From positions 1-64,000 of the IMG/VR virus record IMGVR_UViG_3300020441_000003: 64,000 nucleotides of DNA, one strand, 5' to 3'. The DNA comes from a virus (taxonomy: Duplodnaviria; Caudoviricetes). The translations under genes were made by a program, and so were the position numbers. Below, piece after piece: positions 43,658 through 54,100 of this stretch (position 1 is its first letter; each line of letters begins with the position of its first letter). Below the pieces are notes generated by a model that was given only the letters and a program-made list of their open reading frames with translations, had not been told where the DNA came from and did no database searches.

Positions 43658-44431
43658 TTAATCGCTAAATTGTGCAGTAGGTACCGATTGATGTATTTTT
43701 TCTACTGTCGAACTATCTTTTTTCACAAATACTTGACTTACTTTCGATACACCTTGTGCTTGTTTCTTAAATACACCTTTAACTTTTGCTACTTGTTGTA
43801 TAGGTCTAGTTGTAATATATGGTTGTTGATATATAAACGGACTTCTATACCCATATGGTAATGTATATGGTTGTTGAGTATTAGCAGATGTTTGTGCGTT
43901 TCTTATAAAAGGACTTTGTGCATTCGAAGGATTCCTATAAGTTGACGGCGATCTATGTTGATACTGTATAGGACTTCTATGATTATAAAAAGTCGGTGAT
44001 CTATGTTGATAGATTACTGGTTGTCTAGAATCTCTGATATTAGGTTCTTGTTGGTCTCTTATATTTGGTTCTTGTGCATTTCTAATATGTGGATTTTGTC
44101 TTTCAGCAGGTTGTCTTCCGATATATGGACTTTGTGCATTTTTAATTACAGGTTCTTGATACGCAACAGGATTTCTGTAGAATGCAGGTTGTTGTTGAGC
44201 TCTCTCGTTAGGTTGTTGAGCATCTGCGATATACGGATATGGTTGTTGTTGACTTCTAATAAAAGGATTTGCTTTATTTCTAATAAAAGGATTCTGCACA
44301 CTGTAAGTTGACGGTGATCTATGTTGATACGAAGATGGTTGTCTTGCATTTCTGATATGTGGATTTTGCACATCATAAGATGCAGGTTGTCTTGCAATTA
44401 TCGGAGTTGTAAACTGATATGCTACGCCCAT
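43658..44431 (-). CDS. Pro-punctuated repeat fibre protein D (mirror partner of 44435-46012)
   Basis: x-x-P units over residues 8-210; C-terminal VKGVFKK...VSQVFVKK. Confidence 0.82.
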   Translation of the reverse strand: MGVAYQFTTPIIARQPASYDVQNPHIRNARQPSSYQHRSPSTYSVQNPFIRNKANPFIRSQQQPYPYIADAQQPNERAQQQPAFYRNPVAYQEPVIKNAQSPYIGRQPAERQNPHIRNAQEPNIRDQQEPNIRDSRQPVIYQHRSPTFYNHRSPIQYQHRSPSTYRNPSNAQSPFIRNAQTSANTQQPYTLPYGYRSPFIYQQPYITTRPIQQVAKVKGVFKKQAQGVSKVSQVFVKKDSSTVEKIHQSVPTAQFSD

Positions 44432-44434
44432 TGC

Positions 44435-46012
44435 TTATTCTCCCTCTTCCTCGTCATCATTATTAGATTCAGCACTGGCACCAACTGCAAAAACAATTAG
44501 TAAATCACATTTATGTTCTACATTTGTGTCTAAATCTTTTATCATAAATTCTAAAATAGTTGATGAACCCCTATTATCAGCTGCGGAACCCTCACTTCCG
44601 TTAGTATCAACAGTAGTGCTATAACCTATTTCAAGTCCGTGGGTGCCTAGATTTTGATATGAAGTTGTTATTCCAGTCACACCAGTCGGAACTCCTAAAG
44701 CATGTTTTCTAGTAGTGGTCTCATCTGGATTACCATCATTGGTAGTTACCGAAGTCACACCAGTGGTTGTTCGTGGCCATTGCTCTGGTGTGCCTAAGCA
44801 TCCCATATCACTTGCTAGTTCAGCATAATTAGATGCATCTGGAGTATATCCCTTACTGGCAAGTTGACCATTCCATTGTGAGACATTTAAACTGTAAGGA
44901 GATGCTGTCGGGTTTGCATAATTAACTTTTACTTGAGCTCTTGAAGCTCCTATATTTGTAAGTTTAAATATTTGAGAAAAAGAAGAAGTTCCTATATCAC
45001 TGGTTGTATAACTAAATGAACTAGATGCTGATGATGACATATTACCTATTCTAGAATGATGTGGTGTCGTATTTGATAAAGTATCAACTGAACTAGCCTC
45101 TCTTACAAGAATTTCAACATCATTAGTATTTGTATATTGAACTTTAAATTCAAATCCAGCACCTGCTACGGCAGTTGAACCAGAGGCACTTGTATCTAAA
45201 TCAAATCCACCATCAATACCAATAATACTTGAAGCTCCTTGTTGTCTTATTGAATTGCCAGTGTTCGTATCATTTGGTATACCAGCACCTGTGCCAAATC
45301 CTGTTATAAGTTCTGATGCTCTTGCAATATATTCAACTTGACCTACTGTTAAAAATCCTGATGCAGGTTGTTGATGACTGTAAGTTGTTTGATATGAACC
45401 TATTGACGGACTTCTAAAGACATATGTAAATGGTGTTTGTGCGTTTCTTATAAACGGATTTTGTGCATTTGCAATCGATGGTGATCTATGACTATATGTG
45501 CTTGGACTTTGATGCTGATAGATAACTGGATTTCGACCTGTCGCCTGATATGAAGACGGACTTCTATGTTGATATATTATAGGGTGTCTGTATGCAACTG
45601 GACTTCGATAAGTTCCTGGTGATCTATGTTGATATGTTGAAGGCTGTCTTGCTTGATAACTTACCTGATAAATCGATGGTGATCTATGTGAATATTCAAA
45701 TGGACTTCTATGGTTATAAGTCAACGGACTTCTATGTTGATATGTAAACGGAATCTGTTGCGCTCTAATATTAGGTTCTTGTTGTGACCTTATATTAGGT
45801 TCTTGTTGGTTTCTAATAAAAGGATTCTGTGTTGCTACAGGATTCTGATATGTTGACGGTGATCTATGAGCGTAAGTAGAAGGAACCTGATAGATTGCAG
45901 GAGTTCTTGCATCTCTCTGAGCAATTACTGGTTCTTGTGCGTTCTTTGATGCCCTAGCTATATAAGGTTGTTGAAAGGCCGCTGGGTGTTTGATAAAAAT
46001 ATCATCTGACAT
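44435..46012 (-). CDS. Pro-punctuated repeat fibre protein C with C-terminal globular domain
   Basis: x-x-P units over residues 14-216, then about 300 aa of non-repetitive beta-rich sequence. Confidence 0.82.
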   Translation of the reverse strand: MSDDIFIKHPAAFQQPYIARASKNAQEPVIAQRDARTPAIYQVPSTYAHRSPSTYQNPVATQNPFIRNQQEPNIRSQQEPNIRAQQIPFTYQHRSPLTYNHRSPFEYSHRSPSIYQVSYQARQPSTYQHRSPGTYRSPVAYRHPIIYQHRSPSSYQATGRNPVIYQHQSPSTYSHRSPSIANAQNPFIRNAQTPFTYVFRSPSIGSYQTTYSHQQPASGFLTVGQVEYIARASELITGFGTGAGIPNDTNTGNSIRQQGASSIIGIDGGFDLDTSASGSTAVAGAGFEFKVQYTNTNDVEILVREASSVDTLSNTTPHHSRIGNMSSSASSSFSYTTSDIGTSSFSQIFKLTNIGASRAQVKVNYANPTASPYSLNVSQWNGQLASKGYTPDASNYAELASDMGCLGTPEQWPRTTTGVTSVTTNDGNPDETTTRKHALGVPTGVTGITTSYQNLGTHGLEIGYSTTVDTNGSEGSAADNRGSSTILEFMIKDLDTNVEHKCDLLIVFAVGASAESNNDDEEEGE

Positions 46013-46016
46013 ATCA

Positions 46017-47933
46017 TTATATTAAGAAGAATAAATGACCAACATCTTTTCCTGAGCCACTTGGTAATCCGCCTGAGAGATCACTATCAGTAATTACACT
46101 ATAATCAAGTTCGACATTATCACTATTAATCTTTACTCCGTTTTGTGTATTAACACTCAATGTTGTTCTGCCGTCTAGAGTTGTATCATCGCCTCCATCG
46201 GGATTGTCAACATATGCTTTAGCAAGTCCATTACCTGCAACGATAACATCATTTACTCTATCGTCTGTAAAGTATTTATTAGTTCCTTCAGAAGTAGAAT
46301 CAGTGGTTGTAGAGTTGTTAGCAACTTGCAAATTACCAGAACCATCAAATGCTAAAATTTGTCCTGCACTAGGACTTCCTAATGAACCTACATCTGATAG
46401 TGCGGCTATACTAGCAGCTGCTATTCTGGCATCTGCTCTTGCATTTGTAAAGTAGAGATTACTTGAACCCTCTGTTATTGAATCTGTATTTGATATTGCA
46501 AAGTCTACTGTGCCATCACCATCATTATATGTGACTGTAATACCTGTTTCTGTATTACCAGTAAACATACCACCAACGGCATCTTGAGCTCTTTCATTTG
46601 TAAAATATAGATTAGATGAACCCTCTGATAAACTATCTGTGTTTGGCAATACTGCACTTACTCTTGCATCTGCTCTTGCGTTTGTAAAGTAGAGATTTGT
46701 ATTTTCTGTTAAATTTGCAGTTGTATGATTTGATATACTTGAAACTGTTCCTGTTAAGGCGCCTGTTGCAACATCTAATACTGTTGTTGAACCATCCGCA
46801 GGAGATTTTATAGTTGATAATCTTACACTTGCATCTGTTCCGTTTGTGCCACTATCTAATATCGATTGACCACCACTTGATAAAACATCACCAGTTAAAT
46901 TACCTGTTGCATTACCAACTAGATTACCAGTGAAAGTTGTTGAGTGAACATTTGACCATTTAAGTGTTGAAAGACCTAAAGTGTATGCATTGTTTGTATC
47001 TGGTCTTAGATTAGATGCGGCTTTACCTGTGAATGTAATTGTATCTGATGCGTTATCACCTAATGTTGTATTACCATTTACATTTAAGTTTGCTGTTAAT
47101 GTAGTATTACCTGTGACTGCTAAATCGCCACCTATTGATGCATCATCGCTAACTGCTAAATCATCTGTTGATACTAAATGTTCTGCTTGAACTTGTCCTG
47201 AGAATGTTCCGTTTACTGCACTTGTTAATGAACCACTTGATAGTGATGCAACACTATCTGATATGATTGGTGCCTGAAACTTTTTACCTGCAACTGTAGT
47301 TATGATATCATCTTCTGCAAAAGTTTTACCTGCAAGTTGTAATGTAAATCCTGATTCTAATGTTGTGGTTGCAGACGAGTTATCACCGTTTAAGATAACA
47401 CCATTTGCATTTATATTTTGTATTGTATTCTCAGCAGTTTTCTGGAAGAAAGATGATACATCACCTGTGATATTTGTTCCTATGAATGCACCTGTGAAAG
47501 AATAGATTGTTAGTTGATCACCAGCCGCCATCTGTTTTGATTGACCAGATGCATAGTCACCAATTAGTGTAATACCTGTATGTGAAGAACCTGACGGTAA
47601 TGCGACCTGATAGTCGACATTCTCTCTTAAATGTTCTTCATTTTTAAATACTTGAACTTTCTCGTCTTTGTAGATAAGTGTATTATTAAATGCATCAGCA
47701 CCACTAAAACTTGCATCACCAGCTGATACACCATTTTGACCTACTGCAAATACAAACTCTTGAAAGAAGAATTGTTTATCTTCTAATACATTAATTGCAT
47801 CTACTAGTGTATCATTATTACCAGCTTTTAATGCATCACGAAGACCAGATACATCACCTACATCGAATGCAAGTTCGTTATAGGTCTTTCTAAAATCTTC
47901 TATTGTGCTGAAGTTGTCTACTGTTTTAGCCAT
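46017..47933 (-). CDS. Tail fibre-like structural protein
   Basis: Repeated EGSSNLYFTNARA; ends GKDVGHLFFLI. Confidence 0.78.
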   Translation of the reverse strand: MAKTVDNFSTIEDFRKTYNELAFDVGDVSGLRDALKAGNNDTLVDAINVLEDKQFFFQEFVFAVGQNGVSAGDASFSGADAFNNTLIYKDEKVQVFKNEEHLRENVDYQVALPSGSSHTGITLIGDYASGQSKQMAAGDQLTIYSFTGAFIGTNITGDVSSFFQKTAENTIQNINANGVILNGDNSSATTTLESGFTLQLAGKTFAEDDIITTVAGKKFQAPIISDSVASLSSGSLTSAVNGTFSGQVQAEHLVSTDDLAVSDDASIGGDLAVTGNTTLTANLNVNGNTTLGDNASDTITFTGKAASNLRPDTNNAYTLGLSTLKWSNVHSTTFTGNLVGNATGNLTGDVLSSGGQSILDSGTNGTDASVRLSTIKSPADGSTTVLDVATGALTGTVSSISNHTTANLTENTNLYFTNARADARVSAVLPNTDSLSEGSSNLYFTNERAQDAVGGMFTGNTETGITVTYNDGDGTVDFAISNTDSITEGSSNLYFTNARADARIAAASIAALSDVGSLGSPSAGQILAFDGSGNLQVANNSTTTDSTSEGTNKYFTDDRVNDVIVAGNGLAKAYVDNPDGGDDTTLDGRTTLSVNTQNGVKINSDNVELDYSVITDSDLSGGLPSGSGKDVGHLFFLI

Positions 47934-48138
47934 GTAATTTCTCTATAATATCTTTCAATAAATCTTTTATTTCTGTTACCTCTTGTTTAAGAGTATTTAT
48001 TTCAGAACGCTGAGCTTTCATAACTTCTCTGCGTTTCATCACTAATCTATAATGTTCAGTATTAGTATTTATTATAGCACTTGAAGTTTCATCTCTTATC
48101 AAGTCTATATGTCCTTCTACTTTACTATACTTACTCAT
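47926..48138 (-). CDS. Small coiled-coil protein after the VrlC-like gene
   Basis: MSKYSKVEGHIDLIRD...EINTLKQEVTEIKDLL; start overlaps the upstream TAA. Confidence 0.75.
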   Translation of the reverse strand: MSKYSKVEGHIDLIRDETSSAIINTNTEHYRLVMKRREVMKAQRSEINTLKQEVTEIKDLLKDIIEKLHG

Positions 48139-51100
48139 TATGCTAATGCCATACATCTAAGTGCTGATACTAATGGCACGATAGATGTATTCTGTGCTTG
48201 TCCTACTATCTTAATCTGGAATGCTGTGAACTCTGCAAGACCATCTGCTGTATATTCATATTCTTTAAAGTTTCTAGCATCTTGTTCAAGTGCGATATCT
48301 GGTGAACCATCTGTGTTAAAGAATTCAAATCCTAAATCATCGATAGGTGTTGTTTCATCGTTCTTCAATATCTTGAACATGAATTTTAAATCTGTGTCTG
48401 GCGGTCTAAAGTTATCTGCAATAACTTTTATTGATGATGCAGGATTTTTCAATGCAACTTTTCTTGTTATATAAACAAACTCATTATTATCACCGTCTGG
48501 TTCTGTAGATGGTGTGTAAGCTCTTCCTGTTGATACATCGCCTGATACATCAATATCATTAATTCTATTCATGATACCTAATGCACCTATTGTGCCTGTA
48601 TCTATGATTGGTGATATATTTGGATTTGCAGTTATTAATTGCAATCTACATTCTAATGATTTTGTTGTAGGTCCACCTGAAACTTCATTGACTTCATTAA
48701 CAGATGATGCAATAACACTTGGTCTTTCAAAGAAGTTATTATCATTTAATGTTATAAAGTCATTTGTTGATCTCATGAGATATGCAGTGTCTAAACTTGA
48801 TGATTCTGGAGAATTCATACCTGTTCTTCTTACACTCGGTATTAAATCACAATCTTTAAATGTTAATGATGGTATCATTGTATGTAATACATCGTAATAT
48901 AAATTATTTGTCACAAATACACTGCTACCACCACCTATTGTAGATTGTATAGCGTTAGTATATGATAAATGGAAACTTGATAAATCAGGTGTCACGCAGA
49001 ATGAATCTATATCGTAATGGTTTATACTATTGAATACTTGATTCAATGCTGATACAGGTAAACCACCTAGTGTATCACCTACACTTGCAATTGTCAATGA
49101 GACTGCTGTGCCTGAACCATTTACATCTGCAACTGTTATTGTTTCGTTAGCTGCATATCCTTGACCTGGATTACTAATAGTTGCACTTGTAGCATTACCA
49201 GATGCATCTGTTGTTATTGTTTGTATTACACAACCACCATTTGGATTACCACTTGAATTTGAATGTGTTTGAGTTTTAGCACTTACATTAAATGTTGTGC
49301 TGTTTGAACCTAATGCAGTAGAAGGAACACTAACTGTTAATACACCATTAGTTTTATCACCTGCTACTCCTGATATTACAACATTTGAATTTGTTGAATA
49401 ATTACCGTGTGAGTATGAATAGAATCTAGCAAATGATTGATTACTGTATACTTCTACACTGTTCTCTTTTATTAGATTTGCAGGTAAATGTTCGTTTTCA
49501 AATATGACATTTCCTGCAACATTTGTTGTAAACTTGGCTATCTTCATATGGAACTTTAAGTCGTCCATTTGTTCTGCACTCCAAGTAGATGCGTTTTGTG
49601 AAGTAAATAATGAACCTGCGTATGGTTGTCCTGATATTACTTGACCTGTTATTAAGTCTACTTCTCCCATTCTTGAAATGAAACACTCGTAATTGTTTGA
49701 ATTTGAGTAAACAACAAAACACATTTCTTTGCCTTCTTCAAGATATACAGGTGATTCAAAACTAAATGTAGTTGCAACTGAACCATCTTCTGATATGTTT
49801 ACATCTCCTGGATTCTTTGTGACTATTGAGAATGGTAATGTCACTTTACCAGGATATCCGTTTACTACATCTCTAATTTCTACTGAAACTGGTAATGATG
49901 CATCTTTTGATTTAAAGAATAGATCAATAGAAGTCAACATCATACCGCCATCTGCTTCTACTAAGAAAGTTTCTGCTAATGGGTCCATCCATCCTTCGTT
50001 TGTTCTCTCTGCTCTAAACACTCTTTCATCATCTGGCGCCACAAATCTATCGAATGGTGGAACTGGAGGTTGAACAGGCAACGGCACAGGCGTTGGTGCA
50101 GGTGTCGGTGCTGGCGTAGGCGCTGGTGTCGGCGCTGGAGGCGGAGGCGGAGGTGGATTAGGTGTCAACGCCGGAGTTGGAGGCGGAGGCGGTGGCGGAG
50201 GAGGTGGCGGTGGTGCTGGAGGCGGTGGAGGTGGAGTTGGTGGTAATGAACCATCACTCTCAATATTTAATCTTTCACCTCTTCTCATTATCTGCCTTTC
50301 GCCAGACAATCTCTCCATAATTACACGGCCATTTCTTGTAGATACTATCTCTGTTTGAGATGTATTTAATAATCCTTGTGCCTGATAATTAGAACTTGCT
50401 CTTGAATCAGGATTGTTTAAATTAGTTGCACTAGATGTGACTAATACTTGTCTTTGACCTGTAGGGAATCTCTGATTATCGTCATTTGGTATGTTAAAAT
50501 GACATATAACTCTTCCGTTACCATCTGTTTTTACACCAGATGTCACTGTCGTGCCTGAGTCTTGTGAATAGTTTGCATTGTCAGGTCTTACAAATTGGTC
50601 TACTCTAATACCATCAAAGTATATAAAGTGATTTGTGTTTGGTTTTAAATTTGTTGCATCAATCTTAATCTCTCTTGATCTGATGAAAGGTATAACTGAT
50701 ACACTAACAACTCTGTCATTTCTTGTTTCTACAAAGTCTTCAACTACTGATGTTCTTACACCTGTTCTTGATTGTATCTCAGGCGTATCTGTAATTTCTC
50801 TAGTTATTGTTGTGCCTTGTGTCCATTCACCGCCTTGAGCTGGGTCGCCAGACCAAGAACCTGGTACTGCAGCTACTGATTCTGTCTCTACGACTTGTGG
50901 TTCACCGACCCATGTTGTTTGCCATTCATTCCAGACTGTTCCTAGAGAGTTTTCGTTTTCTGCTAATACTGCATCAAAGTTTCCTTCTCTGTTAATCCTG
51001 ACATCAGGAAGTTGTTCGTGGTCATTCCATATATCTGTTTCTGGTGTAAGTTTAACATTACCAATAAATGCAAAGACATGATATGGGTTTACATTGATAT

Positions 51101-54100
51101 GTCTTGATGCTTTATTTTGATTTACATAAGATATTTCTGAAAATGGTAATGTAATAAGATCACCAGTCTTTTGATAACCTGATGATTGTGCAGTGTTTAA
51201 TGAAATATCAAAGAATTGTGTATAATTTTTAGGTCTTAAATGACCTAATTTTGTATCTATTGCAACATTGTAATCTGGATGTGTGACATCTCCTACTTTG
51301 TGACCTCTAAAATTATCTACTAAAAATCCTGATTTGAATCTATCTAAACCATCTGCATCTAAAACTTGTAATGTTTGTGTGTCTTTTTCTAATAAAGATA
51401 ATGCTGTGACTCTTTCTAAGTTTGTGACTCTTTGATTAATTTTACCAATATCTGACATGGTAAATCTTCTATAATCTCTTGACCTTGAACGAATCTCATT
51501 TGCATTTTTAGTAAATGGTGGCACAAACAATTCGAACATTTCAATCGCATCATCTATGGCGGCTGGTTTTCTAGGCGTAATCGAAGGAACACCTTGTGCT
51601 AATTGAAAACTTCCACTTTTGTGTAAGAAAATCTTATCTATTCTAGGCACATAAAAAGATATATTACCTTTTGTCATAGAAGTTGGTAATGGACATCTAG
51701 AGAACGATGCTCTAGTTGTTGTAATACTTGGAGATGATAACGATGCCTCAAAACTTCTTGACTCATATGCAAATGGTGATACTAAATGACCTGCACTTGA
51801 ATGATCTGATAAGTTTATTGTATTCTGTATATCAAAGTCGGTACTAGATTGACCAAATGTAGAACTTCCAAATATTTGACCAACAGATGGTCTATAGTCT
51901 ACTGTATCTGCTAATTCAAATGTTCCGTCTGGTTCAAAACCACCTGCATCTACTTTATTTGGCGAGAATATTGGTATTTCATCATAATCAACACCAGAAT
52001 AAGAAGATACATCATAATAATCACCAGAACCACCAACAAAGTAATCAAACAATATTGTTATCGGGTTATTAGGTGTTGGTTCACCTGTCTTTAATATTAA
52101 TTTACCAAGATCGTAATAACCATCTCTTTGACCGTTATCTAAGAAATATCTATTTTTAATATCTGGTGAACTTGTGCCAATAGATGTTAGTGTTGCAACT
52201 GCACCTGATGTTTCGTCTACTACAGTTTCGCCTGCTGTAAATTTAGCATTACCAAGATAGTAGAAAAATGCAGTAGTATCATCTACAACTGTATCAATAA
52301 GTTTTGCACGAACACCTGTTGTTTGTCCTTTTACAATATTACCTGCACCAAATGTTCCTGACGATACATTAAATACTGCGTTTGGTGGTGTTGCGACTTC
52401 TACACTTTCTGAACTATCTGTTGTTGTAGTTCCTGGAACTGCTTCGAATATACCTCTAATTTTAAATATATCTGATACACCTAAACTGATTTCTTTGTGG
52501 TCATATGCAGTTCCATAAAAGTTTGTTTGTGCATCACTCTTCATTACTCTTAATGCACGATACTCTCTTAAATCTTTACTCTTTGCAGTTGGGCTATTTA
52601 CACTTACTGTATATGATGCTCTTACAATAGCATTTTCATCAGCAGATGTTCCTATTGTGACTGCTCTGTTATTACCTGAGGCAGCTGCAAATGTCACATC
52701 GTCAGCATGAAATACTGCACCATCGATTCTCCCACTTGATGGACTTGCAGTTGCATTCATAATTGCAAATTGATAATTATCGTTATTAACTGGTTCAAAA
52801 CTTTCGTTTGATTGTTTTGTTAATGTAATGGTACCACTTGCACTAACTTGAAATTCTTTTTGTATTTTGACTGTAGTTTCTGTGCCTGTATGTGTTTTGA
52901 CATAATCTCTTGGCCATGCAAAGATAGATGCTGACTGATCTTGATTATAAAGTTTTGCTCTCTTTCTAATAAGACCTGCACCTGGATTTGCAATTACACC
53001 ATTTGAACCAGGTGATGCAACTGTTTGTGCATTTGAATTATCTGTGACTGTATTAATTACTTGTTCAGCACCATTACCATCTACAATTATATCGCCTGGT
53101 CTTAATTCGTTTAAGAATGCTGTTCCTGTTCCTGTTAATGCACCACTTGATGACAATACTGTTGCACCCGATATAATTTTAACACTATCTGTTGGTATAG
53201 TTGCAGTGAAGTTTTTGTCTGCACTTGAAGCAGTTGATGGTTCTTGACCAACACCTCTTGCATCTTCTATATTATAAGTTCTGATAGCAGTTGGATTTAC
53301 TGTTGTGCTACTATAATCACCAACACCTTTTACTTCTAATGCATCTGCTGTAGTAAATGTGCCGACTACATCATGCAACATTACAAAGTTATTTGAATGG
53401 TCTGAATATGCAACTATACCTGTTGCACCTGAACCACCAGCACTTGTGCCAGTATCTACAATACCTGTGACTTTATCACCTGGTTTAAATTCGTTTGCAT
53501 CACCAATTGTAATACTAATTTTTGTAAACATCTTGATATCAAATAGATATAGATTGCTTAATGTAGATGATTGTTCATCTATGCATCTTACTCTTGCAAA
53601 ACCGATATGTGTGTTAGGTATTGTATTTCTTGTTGATGCATCTGATTGATCAATAACAGTATCTAAAAGTTTGATAGGTTTATATGATGTCATTGTTGTA
53701 GAATCACCAAACTCTGGAAGACCATGCACATTTTGTAATCTTAATTTATTACCTAATCTCGCAGGTGTATTTGCGTTTGATAATGATTCTGTTGTTCTTG
53801 CTTTATTGATGTTTAGATTTGTTGTGCCGTCTTTTGTGACATCAAAACCTTTGACATATGCTTTACCTGGTGATATTTGCATGACGACTTTACTTTCGTC
53901 ACCACCTTGGAATGATTCGTAAAAACCTCTATTGAAACCATCTATTAAATGTTCTCTGAACGAACTTGTAAATTGTCTTACTACAAAGTCACCGTTTGCA
54001 TCAAAGGTTCTTCTTGCTAATGCTTGTTCTATGTGACCATATATTGGTCTATTGATTTCTAATTCTATAACACCTGCATTTACTCTTCCAAGTTCTACAA

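Noticed and set aside
34580-44397. Alternative-frame ORFs inside the repeat genes (34580-34777, 36350-36586, 44146-44397, 44003-44311)
   Set aside because: Shadows of periodic coding sequence, with no RBS or promoter support.
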